Below, piece after piece: positions 12,901-26,180 of a stretch of 64,000 nt of DNA; within the stretch, counting starts at the first letter, position 1, and each line of letters starts with the position of its first letter. A program made the translations under genes and the position numbers. The DNA lies in the NCBI GenBank assembly GCA_032718475.1, contig JAUCBJ010004179.1:1-64000 (forward strand), written 5' to 3'. Below the pieces are notes generated by a model that worked only from the letters and a program-made list of their open reading frames with translations, did not search any database and was not told the DNA's origin. This DNA comes from Nemertoderma westbladi (Eukaryota > Animalia > Xenacoelomorpha).

Positions 12901-15283
12901 ATGTGTTAGTACCATACAGATATGTCCCTGTTCCAACAACGCACCCTGCTATGTGTTAGTACCATACAGATATGTCCCTGTTCCAACAACGCACCCTGTT
13001 ATGTGTTAGTACCATACAGATATGTCCCTGTTCCATACAGATATGTCCCTGTTCCATACAGATATGTCCCTGTTCCAACAACGCACCCTGCAATGTGTTA
13101 GTACCATACAGATATGTCCCTGTTCCATACAGATATGTCCCTGTTCCAACAACGCACCCTGCAATGTGTTAGTACCATACAGATATGTCCCTGTTCCAAC
13201 AACGCACCCTGCAGAGTGTTAGTACCATACAGATATGTCCCTGTTCCAACAACGCACCCTGCAGAGTGTTAGTTAGTACCATACAGATATGTCCCTGTTC
13301 CAACAACGCACCCTGCTATGTGTTAGTACCATACAGATATGTCCCTGTTCCAACAACGCACCCTGCAGAGTGTTAGTTAGTACCATACAGATATGTCCCT
13401 GTTCCAACAACGCACCCTGCTATGTGTTAGTACCATACAGATATGTCCCTGTTCCAACAACGCACCCTGCAGAGTGTTAGTACCATACAGATATGTCCCT
13501 GTTCCAACAACGCACCCTGCAATGTGTTAGTACCATACAGATATGTCCCTGTTCCAACAACGCACCCTGCAGAGTGTTAGTTAGTACCATACAGATATGT
13601 CCCTGTTCCAATAACGCACCCTGCAGAGTGTTAGTTAGTACCATACAGATATGTCCCTGTTCCAATAACGCACCCTGCAATGTGTTAGTTAGTACCATAT
13701 AGATATGTCCCTGTTCCATACAGATATGTCCCTGTTCCAACAACGCACCCTGCAATGTGTTAGTACCATACAGATATGTCCCTGTTCCAACAACGCACCC
13801 TGCAGAGTGTTAGTTAGTACCATACAGATATGTCCCTGTTCCAATAACGCACCCTGCAATGTGTTAGTACCATACAGATATGTCCCTGTTCCAACAACGC
13901 ACCCTGCAGAGTGTTAGTTAGTACCATACAGCTATGTCCCTGTTCCAATAACGCACCCTGCAATGTGTTAGTTAGTACCATATAGATATGTCCCTGTTCC
14001 AACAACGCATCCTGCTATGTGTTAGTACCATACAGATATGTCCCTGTTCCAACAACGCACCCTGCAGAGTGTTAGTACCATACAGATATGTCCCTGTTCC
14101 AACAACGCACCCTGCAATGTGTTAGTACCATACAGATATGTCCCTGTTCCAACAACGCACCCTGCAATGTGTTAGTACCATACAGATATGTCCCTGTTCC
14201 AACAACGCACCCTGCAATGTGTTAGTACCATACAGATATGTCCCTGTTCCAACAACGCACCCTGCAGAGTGTTAGTACCATACAGATATGTCCCTGTTCC
14301 AACAACGCACCCTGCAATGTGTTAGTACCATACAGATATGTCCCTCTTCCAATAACGCACCCTGCAATGTGTTAGTACCATACAGATATGTCCCTGTTCC
14401 ATACAAATATGTCCCTGTTCCTACAACGCACCCTGCAATGTGTTAGTACCATACAGATATGTCCCTGTTCCAATAACGCACCCTGCAATGTGTTAGTACC
14501 ATACAGATATGTCCCTGTTCCATACAGATATGTCCCTGTTCCAACAACGCACCCTGCAATGTGTTAGTACCATACAGATATGTCCCTCTTCCAATAACGT
14601 ACCCTGCAATGTGTTAGTACCATACAGATATGTCCCTGTTCCATACAGATATGTCCCTGTTCCAATAACGCACCCTGCAATGTGTTAGTACCATACAGAT
14701 ATGTCCCTGTTCCAACAACGCACCCTGCAGAGTGTTAGTACCATACAGATATGTCCCTGTTCCAACAACGCACCCTGCAATGTGTTAGTACCATACAGAT
14801 ATGTCCCTGTTCCAACAACGCACCCTGCAGAGTGTTAGTACCATACAGATATGTCCCTGTTCCAACAACGCACCCTGCAATGTGTTAGTACCATACAGAT
14901 ATGTCCCTCTTCCAATAACGCACCCTGCAATGTGTTAGTACCATACAGATATGTCCCTGTTCCATGCAGATATGTCCCTGTTCCAACAACGCACCCTGAA
15001 ATGTGTTAGTACCATACAGATATGTCTCTGTTCCAACAACGCACCCTGCAATGTGTTAGTACCATACAGATATGTCCCTGTTCCAACAACGCACCCTGCA
15101 ATGTGTTAGTTAGTACCATACATATATGTCCCTGTTCCAACAACACACCCTGAAAAGTGTTAGTACCATACATATATGTCCCTGTTTCAACAACGCACCC
15201 TGCAATGTGTTAGTACCATATATATATGTCCCTGTTCCAATAACGCACCCTGCAATGTTTTAGTACCATACAGATATGTTCCT
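9930..15283 (+). repeat. 50-bp satellite made from the exon 3' end plus donor (ACAGATATGTCCCTGTTCCAACAACGCACCCTGCAATGT|GTTAGTACCAT), roughly 100 copies
   Basis: Tandem copies over about 5.35 kb; first unit lies inside exon 2. Confidence 0.95.
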
Positions 15284-15381
15284 CTTTCGGCGTGAGACTT
15301 ACGGAAAATTTATTGTTTATTTTTCATATTTCAAAAGATATCTTATCATTTTGGTAGATGAAAATGTTTGTCTTGTTTTAG

Positions 15382-15639
15382 AGAAACTGGTAAATGCCAT
15401 TGCCCACCTGGTTACCATGGAAACAGATGCCACCTGCAGTGCGTGGTTGGTACTTGGGGCCAGGGTTGTTTGCGCAGCTGTGATTGTCTTAACAACGGGA
15501 TATGCGACAGAGTGAGCGGCGAGTGCCAGTGTGTAGAAGGCTGGACTGGTCACTCATGTCAGACTCCGTGCCAATTGGGATGGTACGGAGTGAATTGCCA
15601 TCAACGTTGTAGTTGCCGAGGCAACACAGCTTGCGACAG
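15382..15639 (+). CDS. Multiple-EGF-repeat gene, exon 3
   Basis: ttttag acceptor, ETGKCHCPPGYHGNRC...GNTACDR, AG|GTAAAT donor; phase 2 to 2. Confidence 0.9.
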
Positions 15640-15817
15640 GTAAATGATAAATATTATTTTTATTATTTTAATGCCAGATATGCGTTGTAAGGAAAACTGT
15701 AAGATGTACTTTAGAACGCTTTAGTTGGTGAACATTTTTAATATGTTCACAATGACAAATGCCGGGTAGTTTCTTTTGTCCTAAAATGAAGCACGACAAA
15801 GGGAATTATATGTTTAG

Positions 15818-16011
15818 ATTTGATGGCAGTTGTGTTTGTCCTCCTGGTTTCGAAGGCGCCACCTGTGATCAGCAATGCAACCCGGGATTCTACGGAGAGA
15901 AATGTAGACGGCGTTGTCATTGCGACCACGGTACATGTAATCCCGAGGATGGTCACTGTGTCTGCAACCCCGGCTGGAAAGGAGTTTCCTGTCAAGAAGA
16001 ATGCGGATTCG
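15818..16011 (+). CDS. Multiple-EGF-repeat gene, exon 4
   Basis: tttag acceptor, FDGSCVCPPGFEGATC...CQEECGF, G|GTTAGT donor; phase 2 to 1. Confidence 0.9.
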
Positions 16012-16047
16012 GTTAGTTTACTTGGGGCTTACTTCGGTTAATTTATA

Positions 16048-16655
16048 TGTTAGCGGATCCAATTCGCTGCACCACCCTGCAGAAAATGGGGAAAGTGGCT
16101 TTTTACCAATTATAGTTGGCTAGGCGACCTTACCAATATAAAGTCACCTACCAACCAACGGAGGCAATATACACTGCCAGCCACAAGGAGAGCTGAGAGG
16201 CTACAAGCCATCTCAGTGGGGAGAAAGGAAGCTAGCACGTGGGCACCAGAGATTAGGGGTTGCCAGAGCAAGGAAGGATAGATTAGCCAATGGTGGGGCA
16301 GATTACCATCTGATTAATGCGCATTCATTGGCCAGGCCAAAACAGTAGGTAGCAATATTCCATACGTGTTAGTAATATAACCGTTGTCTTTATTACCTGT
16401 CGTTTAGTTGGTTGGTTTATACAGAGTGTGGAAGCAAGACGGTGTCATTAACCGTGCAATTATTGTATACTGATTGTGCTATTATTGTATTCTGACATTA
16501 CGAACAACTGCCACTAAAAGCTCAGTTATTCGTTCGGCCTCCGGCCTTTCAGATACCACAAGCCTTTCAGCAGCTAGCGGATGCGGCGACGCGTACTTTC
16601 CGAAACACAATCACCCTGGTCAGGATTCCCTCGCCAACTCGGGGATCCCTTCACA
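16048..16655 (+). mobile_element. Solo LTR (608 bp)
   Basis: TGT...ACA termini, 5-bp TSD TTATA on both sides, homologous to 23608-26363 and 50077-50750. Confidence 0.8.
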
Positions 16656-17260
16656 TTATATAATGTACAGTACAAGTTCATTGTGTTGTAAAGTCTAGAC
16701 TCTCTACCTTGTAGTTCGTAGCTTTATCAGAAAATTAAATATCTAATTATTGTACGGTGTAATAAATTATGCTTTATTTACCGTTTGTCCCGAGATCTGT
16801 TATTTACCGACAGAGCGTAGCGGGGGAGGTAAATAAGTCGGGTCAGATCGAGGGGCGAAAAGGTAAATAACGTGTTTTATTTATCGTATATAAGTAATTT
16901 TATTGTTTAAATCATCCATATTATTATAATTATTCAAATATATTATTGTTTAATAAGTAATTTTAACATTACACCAGTCGCACTTATTGTGATTTGTTGA
17001 TACCAATGGAAAGGTGGCGATGGAAGGATTCCAAATTTGTAAATAACTATTAATGTCTTTGAGAAATAGCTGAGATATGGGCGTTCAAAAAGTGCAGAAC
17101 TTTGCATCCGATACAGCCTGCAGGGCAGCGGGCAGGCCATTTATTATATTTAATATATACACAATGTTCTGGAACATATTATTTATTTGAAGATTATTAA
17201 TTACTTGATGTCATTTTACTAGTCGTAGCTACTCATTAAATAAATGAAATGTCCCGGAAT

Positions 17261-17970
17261 CTATCTATCTATCGAAACATGTTTAAAGATCTTCGAAATG
17301 AAAATATCACCAATAATGGCAACTTACGCTCTGCAAGAATTTGGACCACTTCTCACTCTTTCAAACCTCAAAGAACTAGATAAAATCAAATCTGCTTTCA
17401 TAAAAAAATGTCTGTCTATTCACACGTCAGTTTCATCAACGCTAGCTTTAGAAATGGTTAAGGAAAATAGTTTTACTGAGACATTAGCAACAAAATTCCC
17501 ATCAGTTTCCAACCCTCAAGTTCTAGAACAATGTCGTCTTCATCGACAGGAACGACTCAACAACTTTAGAATGGAATGCTACTCTCATGGCCCAGCGTTC
17601 TCATGTAACTCTTGGAAGCTGGCAAATCAAGTAAACCGTCACTCAATAACTCGCATGACACTTCACGGCTTCCATTTCAAACTCTGCAACAACCAAACAC
17701 CATTCCACAAACTCTGCGAAGATTGCCGATGCCGATACTGTGACCAACCTGCCAAGGATCGCTACCATGCCCTCGTCTGCTTACACTGCCCAAGCCTTGC
17801 TCAACTTTCTCATGACTAGCCATAGCCACCAACATATTCACTCACTCTCTTATTTACACATTATTATTATATTCATTATTATTATATCTAAATAATTGTG
17901 CTAATAATTTTCAATACTTTGTTATTAAATATAATTTAACCCGCTGGGGGTGTAGAGATTCTGAAAAAAA
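17261..17970 (+). mobile_element. 5'-truncated non-LTR retrotransposon (ORF2 C-terminus, 3' UTR, poly-A)
   Basis: 14-bp TSD AAATGTCCCGGAAT (17247-17260 and 17971-17984), poly-A tail, C-terminal HGFHFKLC...CRCRYC...HALVC motif. Confidence 0.85.
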
Positions 17971-18285
17971 AAATGTCCCGGAATAGCATTTATTACCCTT
18001 TATGAGGCGTCTCAAGACCATGGGCTGTCCACCATGGTTATTTTCACCATGGGGCTTCCGAAGCACAAGATTGTGATACAGACATTGTGATAGATCCGCT
18101 GTAGTAGTCCTCCCCGCAAGAGGTCAAGTTCCATTCCCTTCGGTAGAATGCAGTGCAGTGGTTTTGTAAAGTATAGTGTAATATTTTGTAACCTCATGTT
18201 AATAACACAACATACTTTGCATTTCGGAATGTCGTTAGGACCACACCCACCCCCCTACCTAACAAGACTATCGTTATTTTGACAG

Positions 18286-18440
18286 GCTCCTGGGGTCCAG
18301 GATGTTTGAACCCCTGCCAATGTTCCAACTCGGGATTATGTAACCCGCTCGACGGCTCCTGCAGATGTACGAAAGGTTTTAAAGGCAGTCAGTGTAAATC
18401 TCCTTGTGAGAGCGGAACTTACGGTGAAAATTGTGTACAG
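18286..18440 (+). CDS. Multiple-EGF-repeat gene, exon 5
   Basis: gacag acceptor, SWGPGCLNPCQCSNSGLCNPLDGSC...GENCVQ, CAG|GTTGGT donor; phase 1 to 0. Confidence 0.9.
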
Positions 18441-18514
18441 GTTGGTTTTAAGTATTCGAATAACATTGGTTTGGTTTTATGTACAAGTGAAGTAAAGTTT
18501 ACATTACGCTGCTT

Positions 18515-18686
18515 ACACAACTTAGTATCGTGTGCCCACAACTTAGTATCTTGTGCGCACAACTTAGTATCTTGTGCGCACAACTTAGTATCTTGTGCGC
18601 ACAACTTAGTATCGGTGCGCACAACTTAGTATCTTGTGCGCACAACTTAGTATCTTGTGCGCACAACTTAGTATCTTGTGTGCACA
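18515..18686. repeat. 21-bp semi-palindromic minisatellite (CACAACTTAGTATCTTGTGCG), left part
   Basis: About 8 copies; array resumes at 22430 after a LINE insertion. Confidence 0.9.
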
Positions 18687-18687
18687 C

Positions 18688-21600
18688 CAAAGAAACCTAA
18701 GAAACTATTACTGCTCAGCTTCAGCTTTCTTGGCATCTAGAACACGGATATGTCAAGCATTCCCCTTAGAGAGAGGTGTAAGACAAGGCGGGATGTTATC
18801 CCCAATTCTTTTTAATTTCTATATGTCTAGTCTTTTTAAGGAGATTGATAACAGTGGTCTTGGTGTGCACATAAAGGCAGAATCTTTCGGTGGAGTGAGC
18901 TATGGTGATGATATCATTCTTGCAGCAAACATGAAGTCTGATGCAGAGAAACTTATGGCCCTATGCTGCAATTACTTTGAAAGACATAAGTTGCTTCTAA
19001 ACATAAAAAAGACTCATTTCGTATACCTGAATGGTGCTAGAACGAGCAATGGAGAGGAATCATTGGAATTCATAAATGGGACAGACAGCATTATTTTGGT
19101 TTCTGCGAAGGATTGCAACTATCTAGGGTTGCCCTTTCCCATGACGTCGCAATCTTTGACTCAGTTTGTAAAATGTAAAATTTGGACTTGTGTCAGCAGA
19201 ATGGAGGCACGTGGTCTTTGCATTAACAGTGTTCCACTGGCAGTTGTTGTTAAAATATGGAAGGTGATGTGCCTCCCGTCAATACTGTATGGATGCTCGG
19301 AACTTGATAAGCCTAATATTGCAGAGATATCGCTACAACTTCATAAAGCAATGAGAACTATATGTGCAATAGGAAACTATGTTTCTAATGGAATTCTATG
19401 TAAACTCTTTGGTATGATCAACCTGGAAGATTTCTTATACTTCAAAACTGCGTCATTTACCTACAGCATCTTAAATTGTCCTAATAGAAAGGTTCTTTTT
19501 TTCTTTCATCATTTAATCTGTCTGCACCTTGCAGGTCTGTCTAGTGCTCAGATTTTTTTCCGTTATGGTGTCTCCGCATGGCACCTCGGTTTACCAAGTT
19601 TGTCTTCTCTGAGTGTCTCTAGATACAGTTTCAAGGCCATACGGAATCGACATGGAAAATCTCAAGCCACCGAACTGAGTCCTGCTAGTCAGTATAAACT
19701 CTTTTTTATTGGTACCATACTGAGTTGCACCACTGGCTCACATGCAGCTCGCCATTTAGTGGTATTGGACTTTTATAATCTTTATCAATAATAATAATAC
19801 CTATAAAAGTATAAGTATAATAAATAATACTTAATCAATAATACTCCTAATGATACGTGTTATTTTTAACTGATATGATACTATTAGTTTTTCGGCCCTT
19901 ACATGCCAAAACCAGCCGTATTGTATTGTATTGTCATTGTATCTTGTTGCTCTTATTTTGTATGTTATTTTAATTACTTTGATGTTGTTAGACCATTTTA
20001 CCAATAATAGCCGCCGATAAATCAACATACTGTATCTTATGTATATAAATATCATAATCATTATTATAATATAGTTTTATAATTTCACCCTTCCTTTCTA
20101 TCATTTAAAATAATTGATTGTAAATACTGTCTCTTCAGCATATTATATATATTCATTAATGTCATTTCATCCAACATAATTTAAATCTGACATTATCAGT
20201 TATATATTTACGGTGTGTTTTTTAGACCTCACCATTTTACTGTAATTGTGTATTTTACTTAACCTATATACCGTGCGTTTTAAATTTTGTTTTAACAGTT
20301 ATCACCCTATAATTTTATCAATATAGCTGATATGTACTGATACGTACAATATACATGGCTCGCCCCTTATAGGACTATGTACCTAAGATACCGGTACCAC
20401 TAGATAGGTGGAGGGTTTTCCCTATTGCTATGCTGTACTGATATTACACTGTACTGCTGTACTACACTTTTATATTATACGTGTCTGCCTTATATACTAT
20501 TGATATTTATATTATTGGGGATATTCCGATAGTGCAGACATACCATGGCGCTGCGAGTAGTTAAACCCTCAACACGCATTTAGCATTTAAAGTGTAGCCA
20601 AAAGCAACCGCCTGAACGCCAACCCAAAAATGTCACTACCAACTGAGGATGACACCCTCAACCTCGATACTTCATCCGTTGACAAACTCGATAGGAATAC
20701 GCTAAAAGCTCATCTCACCAACGCTGAGATCACGTTTAGCGATAAAACTTCGACAGTTGCCCTGAAACAGAAACGTTTTAGGTTTCGCGCAGTGCTATTA
20801 TAGTGGTCTATCGCCTTCTTACGAATAATGCTGTGTTTGTTGTCTGCTTCTTCAGCAGCATCGCGCCATTTAGGATCGTAAGTAGTATGGTGAGCTGGCA
20901 CTCGTGACCGTAGATTGTGACCGAACACAATCTCGTTGGGAGAACGGCCGTCGAAACGCGGGGTATTGCGTAATTCTAGAATAGCTTCCTGGAAGTTCTC
21001 AGAAGTAATATCCTGTGTGGGCAACTTCGCTAGCATAGATTTTATTATGTTAACATTACATTCCGCGTGGCCATTACTGGAAGGAAAATGGGGACTACTT
21101 GGTGCCCATTTTACTCCCCAGTGTTCTAGAAAATTTTTAAAATGTTTTGCGGCGAATTGTGGTCCGTTGTCTGTCCGCATGTGAGTTGGAACTCCGAAGT
21201 CGGCAAAGAAATGACGGACAACAGCGGCGACCTGCCGTGATGAGGGGTCGTTTCGCCATTGGGCTACTACAGGGTAGCCTGACAACATATCTGTATAAAC
21301 TAAGTATTTGCGTCCAGCAGTAGTGAATAAATCCGCAGATACCCACTGAAATGGTCTGTCTGGGGGAAGGTCCGTTATTAGTTTCTCCTTAGGTAGGCTG
21401 CGTTGGCGCTGTTGGCATTGCTCGCAGCCCCCAACGAGTTTGGCAATGTCCTTATTTATCCCGGGCCAAAAAACGACTTCGCGAGCTCGTTGTTTGGTAC
21501 GTACTATACCCTGATGTGGGGCGTGTAAACGTTTTAGAACGAGGTTTCGTTTTGATTTCGGGATGACTAATTGTACACCAAATAAAACCAGTCCATTTTC

Positions 21601-22429
21601 GACGGACATTTCGTGGATAATAGATTTACACTGTTGTGTCAGGCTGGACACAGTATTTTTATTTGTAGGTCCCTGAAGAATTTCACACACAAGGGATTGG
21701 TAGTCAGGGTCCACTAATGCTGCAGCCCGGATCTCTTCTATGACAGGGTCATCAGTAGAAGGGATATGGGGCGAGCCACACTGTAAGGTAGTATTTTGCA
21801 TACTATTTTGATGGGGTTGTAATGCAGAGGAAATTGCAGCCAAAGTTGAGGTGTTATCCATCTCATCCTCGATTACATCCTCTGGATTATCAACTGGGGC
21901 ACGGCTTAAACCGACGTTTCATACGACAATTCAACGAGCCGCTAGAACTTGGAAACGACTTGCAAACCGGTGACTTCGAAACTGAAAGTATATCTGATAC
22001 AAACGTTGAAACTGAAGCAAGTAATAACCACTCAGAAGAAACTGAAAGCAATTTACTACGCCGCAGTACACGCTCACGTAAACCCATTGTGCGATTCGAT
22101 GAACGGGTTTACGAAACAAGATTTTAAATTGAAAAACATTAAAAATCTAAAAGGGGGAGTTGATATGTACTGATACGTACAATATACATGGCTCGCCCCT
22201 TATAGGATTATGTACCTAAGATACCGGTACCACTAGATAGGTGGAGGGTTTTCCCTATTGCTATGCTGTACTGATATTACACTGTACTGCTGTACTACAC
22301 TTTTATATTATACGTGTCTGCCTTATATACTATTGATATTTATATTATTGGCCTGGGGATATTCCGATAGTGCGTGCAGACATACCAATAGCCTGCCGGG
22401 GCGTAAACCGAGCTTTGAAATAAAAAAAA
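18688..22429 (+). mobile_element. 5'-truncated LINE (RT C-terminal half, long 3' UTR, poly-A) inserted in the 21-bp array and interrupted by an LTR element
   Basis: GVRQGGMLSPILFNFYM, SYGDDIIL and YLG RT motifs in ORF ending at 19791; GAAATAAAAAAAA tail at about 22417-22429. Confidence 0.8.
20328..22387 (+). mobile_element. Internally deleted Gypsy-type LTR retrotransposon with an inverted integrase segment
   Basis: LTRs 20328-20545 and 22161-22387 (TG...CA, near identical), TSD ATAGC, PBS-like TGGCGCTGCGAG at 20546, PPT AAAGGGGGAG before the 3' LTR; integrase (HAPHQG...CEQC, DLF, TDNGPQF, SNGHAE) on the minus strand about 20774-21908. Confidence 0.9.
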
Positions 22430-23033
22430 CAACTTAATATCGCTGCGCGCAACTTAGTATCGTGTGCGCACCGTGTGCGCACAACGTAGTATCTTGTGCG
22501 AACAATTTAGTATCGTGTGCCCACAACTTAGTATCTTGTGCGCACAACTTAGTATCTTGTGCGCACAACTTAGTATCTTGTGCGCACAACTTAGTATCGG
22601 TGCGCACAACTTAGTATCTTGTGCGCACAACTTAGTATCTTGTGCGCACAACTTAGTATCTTGTGTGCACAACTTAGTATCTTGTGCGAACAACTTAGTA
22701 TCGTGTGCGCACAACTTAGTATCTTGTGCGCACAACTTAGTATCTTGTGCGCACAACTTAGTATCGTGTGCGCACAACTTAGTATCTTGTGCGCACAACT
22801 TAGTATCGTGTGCGCACAACTTAGTATCGTGTGCGCACAACTTAGTATCGTGTGCGCACAACTTAGTATCTTGTGCGCACAACTTAGTATCTTGTGCGCA
22901 CAACTTAGTATCGTGTGCGCACAACTTAGTATCGTGTGCGCACAACTTAGTATCTTGTGCGAACAACTTAGTATCTTGTGCGCACAACTTAGTATCTTGT
23001 GCGAACAACTTAGTATTGTGTGCGCACAACTTA
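22430..23033. repeat. 21-bp semi-palindromic minisatellite, right part (about 28 copies)
   Basis: Same unit as 18515-18686. Confidence 0.9.
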
Positions 23034-23311
23034 CGAAGTGTTTGTACATACAAATGTATGAGTCAAATGCTGATGTAAACGTCTGTTTTAATTATCCTCA
23101 AATGTCATATCAATTATTTTACTAACAGTGCTATTTTATATACTTCTGCTATTTGATTTTATTTTGTACTTCCCTTTTAAATTAACATAAATAAATGTCG
23201 GCTTGTCCGGATGATGCGCCTCCGTGCGCTCTGATTATTATTATTATTATTGTATCATATGTACACATCGGTGAGGGAGGCAGTTTCCGACACATCGATC
23301 TGGGTAGCTGA

Positions 23312-23607
23312 TGCAGACTCAGATCCAGGTCTGCGGACTCCGTCCCAGGTCTGCAGACTCCGTCCCAGGTCTGCGGACTCCGTCCCAGGTCTGCAGACTC
23401 CGTCCCAGGTCTGCGGACTCCGTCCCAGGTCTGCGGACTCCGTCCCAGGTCTGCGGACTTAGACCCAGGTCTGCGGACTCCGTCCCAGGTCTGCGAGCTC
23501 CGTCCCAGGTCTGCGGACTTAGACTCAGGTTTGCGGACTCCGTCCCAGGTGTGCGGACTCCGTCCCAGGTCTGCGGACTCCGTCCCAGGTCTGCGGACTT
23601 AGACCCA
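23312..23607. repeat. 20-bp satellite (CCGTCCCAGGTCTGCGGACT), left part
   Basis: About 14 copies; interrupted by a solo LTR. Confidence 0.9.
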
Positions 23608-24094
23608 TGTAAGCGGATTCAATTCCACGTCATTACCCACCAGAAAATGGGACCAGTGGAATTTTTCCAATATAGTTGGGGATACGAGATTACAAATATT
23701 AATCTCGCCTCACAACCAACTTTGGGGGGGGGGGGAGCGACACAAGCCCTAAAGCCACAGAGAGAGGTGAGAGGTCAAACCACCTCGGAGGGAGAACAGC
23801 TAGTAGAAGCTAGCAGCGGGGGGAAACACTCTCAGGGAGTGCCAAAGTGACAATTAGTGTATTAGCCAATAGCGGGGAGGGAAGCACGTGATTAGAGATA
23901 GGAAAGCATCCACTGGGTACAGAGGGCCAAGTAGAGTAAGAGGTGAAATCAATATCCGTGTGTGTTAATCATATATTATTCTGCATTACTGATTTATCGG
24001 TCAGTTCATTAGTTACTCAGTTGCAGACCGGTCTTAGTTTATGACCGTCACCGCTACCAACATTAACAATTTAATATCTGTGTATTCTGCTGTC

Positions 24095-25305
24095 ATTTTT
24101 ATTATTATTATTTGATTTAATTCGCACGAGGCGACAATACAGGGTAAATGTAAATAAAAATGCACGCAAATGCACAATAAAACAGCTGGCTAAAAATATA
24201 AAGTATGTGATTAAAATATCATAGAGGTGGCTGAAGAATGCAAGGTGTTAGTTGTCAGTCGCCACTCCGCAGGGGCGGATCCAAGGGGGGGGCTAGGGGG
24301 CTCAAGCCCCCTAGCCTATAAATTTCTGGATCCGCGCCTGCCACTCCGTGGACACAATTACTTTGCATGCAAAAACTGTGTACTGAATAGTTCAAATAAT
24401 ATAGAGCATTACCGCACAATGAGCAATACACAATACAATAAATAGCATCATATAATTAACGATTGAAATCTGATCCAAGTTTTAAATATTACAACGGTAC
24501 ATCCCTGTGGTTGTAGTCAATATTATAAATTAATATTATGCAAATTGTATGTATTTAATTCCAAACATATGGAGTAAAATGAACAACATGGTTATTAAAA
24601 GTTTTACAAAATAAATAAAATAATATATAAAATATTGTGCTATTAAAAAGTTTTATTTGGTTGTGGGGGGGGGGGGGGGGGGGTCATTGGTTTAGGGTAA
24701 GGACCGCAAGAAACATCCCTGTACGGAGGCCCGAACTGGTTGCTGGGATACCCGGGCACATTGTATAGTGCTCCGAGCTGATTGCTGATTGGCCACACAA
24801 TAAACAGCGACACTCCTCGATTGGCCGCCAACAGTTCCGAGTGGCACATAGTTTATGATGGTAACCGTTGGCTACCAGCTGACCGGCTACCCGACGCCTA
24901 TAACCAGTTAGATTGACCGGGTTAATAGCTGAGGAGTCGGGGTGGTCAATACTGGAAAGGATTGCGGTCGACGATGCGTATTTACTGATTCCAAACCAGA
25001 GTTTCCAATAAAACGCACGTATGCGGTGGATGTGGTCGAGTTCGATTATATTTGGTTCTGTAGCGAAAATGTTGCAGCCGTAAGAAACAGACGGTAGGAC
25101 GATCGCTAGCCATATTTTCCTTGCTGTGGCAATCGAAACAACGTTAAGTTTTACCTTTATTGCAATTCGCGTACAACAGGCAATCCCCTTGCGATACAGG
25201 TGGTCGTAATGGGACCTAGGTCCGTTTTTGGTTGATAGCGTCACACCGAGATATTCGAATGAAGGTTGAAACTCGATGGGGGAACCATTGTATATCAGAA
25301 CATCG
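24095..25305 (-). mobile_element. 5'-truncated LINE (ORF2 C-terminus 24684-25244 plus 3' UTR, TAA-rich tail)
   Basis: FEYLGV motif just upstream of the ORF, VLPSVSYG, NGYHHKLC...CRCLLC...HYTMC. Confidence 0.75.
24270..24340. mobile_element. 71-bp hAT-type MITE
   Basis: TIR CAGGGGCGGATCCA / TGGATCCGCGCCTG, 8-bp TSD CCACTCCG. Confidence 0.8.
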
Positions 25306-25309
25306 CAAT

Positions 25310-26180
25310 AATATTAAATATTATTTATATAATATTAAATTAATATTATTACATCGAGCAGAGGAAATTGTCACAATTGTAAAATAAATATATAATCAAT
25401 GAAGGCAACATTATGTTATAATCAATATGGTGTATGGAAAAGAGTATGCTGTCACTCAGAGTACATAAAAAAATAAAACATTGCCGTGTGTACTATGAAA
25501 TGTTGAAAAAACTTAGGATACGTTCATGCTTATCAGTGAAAGTACCGGATGAGTAATAGCAGCTGCGAATAAAATTGAGTTGAAATGTCTCTAGATGTGT
25601 GAGTTGGTCAGGTTGTAATCTCTCTTTCAATGAACGCATACTGTAGCTGTAACTCAGTAATAATGACAGACGTGGCAGTGGGAAAGTACATCTACACGCA
25701 TCATAGGTCGAGCCGAGACCAACATAGCGGCGGTTACCGGTCATTGTATCATTTAAGCAGACCCCCAGCAGAGCTTGTAAAATTATATTAGGGCAATAGC
25801 GAGACCTCAGTATAGTCCCAACACATAGTTGATATGCTATTGTGGATATGGGATGGCAGCCTAAAATGTTGTATACAATGTTGTTGTCAACGTAGGAACC
25901 AATATGCAGGAGACCACGCAATGCCTTGCGGTAGTGAACATCAACCTTCTCAATAGCAACCTTACTGAGTGCCCCTATGTCGAATTTCAGACTGTACGAA
26001 ATAGATGGGACGGCAATAGTTCGCCACAGATAGGAAATAGTATCAATGTCGATGTTGCGGACTGTCCAACCTTTCCGATGGAACATATCTGAGAGTATCG
26101 AGATTGTCTGGATACAGTCTTTATGGAGGTTTGAGTCGGGTGCGGATAATAAATTGAATCCAAGGAAAACAAAACTCATA
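25310..26180 (-). mobile_element. 5'-truncated LINE related to the 18688 element
   Basis: 228-aa ORF (FVFLG, LWRTIAVPSISY, IGSYVDNNI) parallels YLG, IWKVMCLPSILYG, IGNYVSNGI of the 18634-19791 ORF. Confidence 0.7.

Noticed and set aside
9930-15283. CRISPR-like appearance of regular repeats
   Set aside because: No unique spacers, no cas genes, eukaryotic context.
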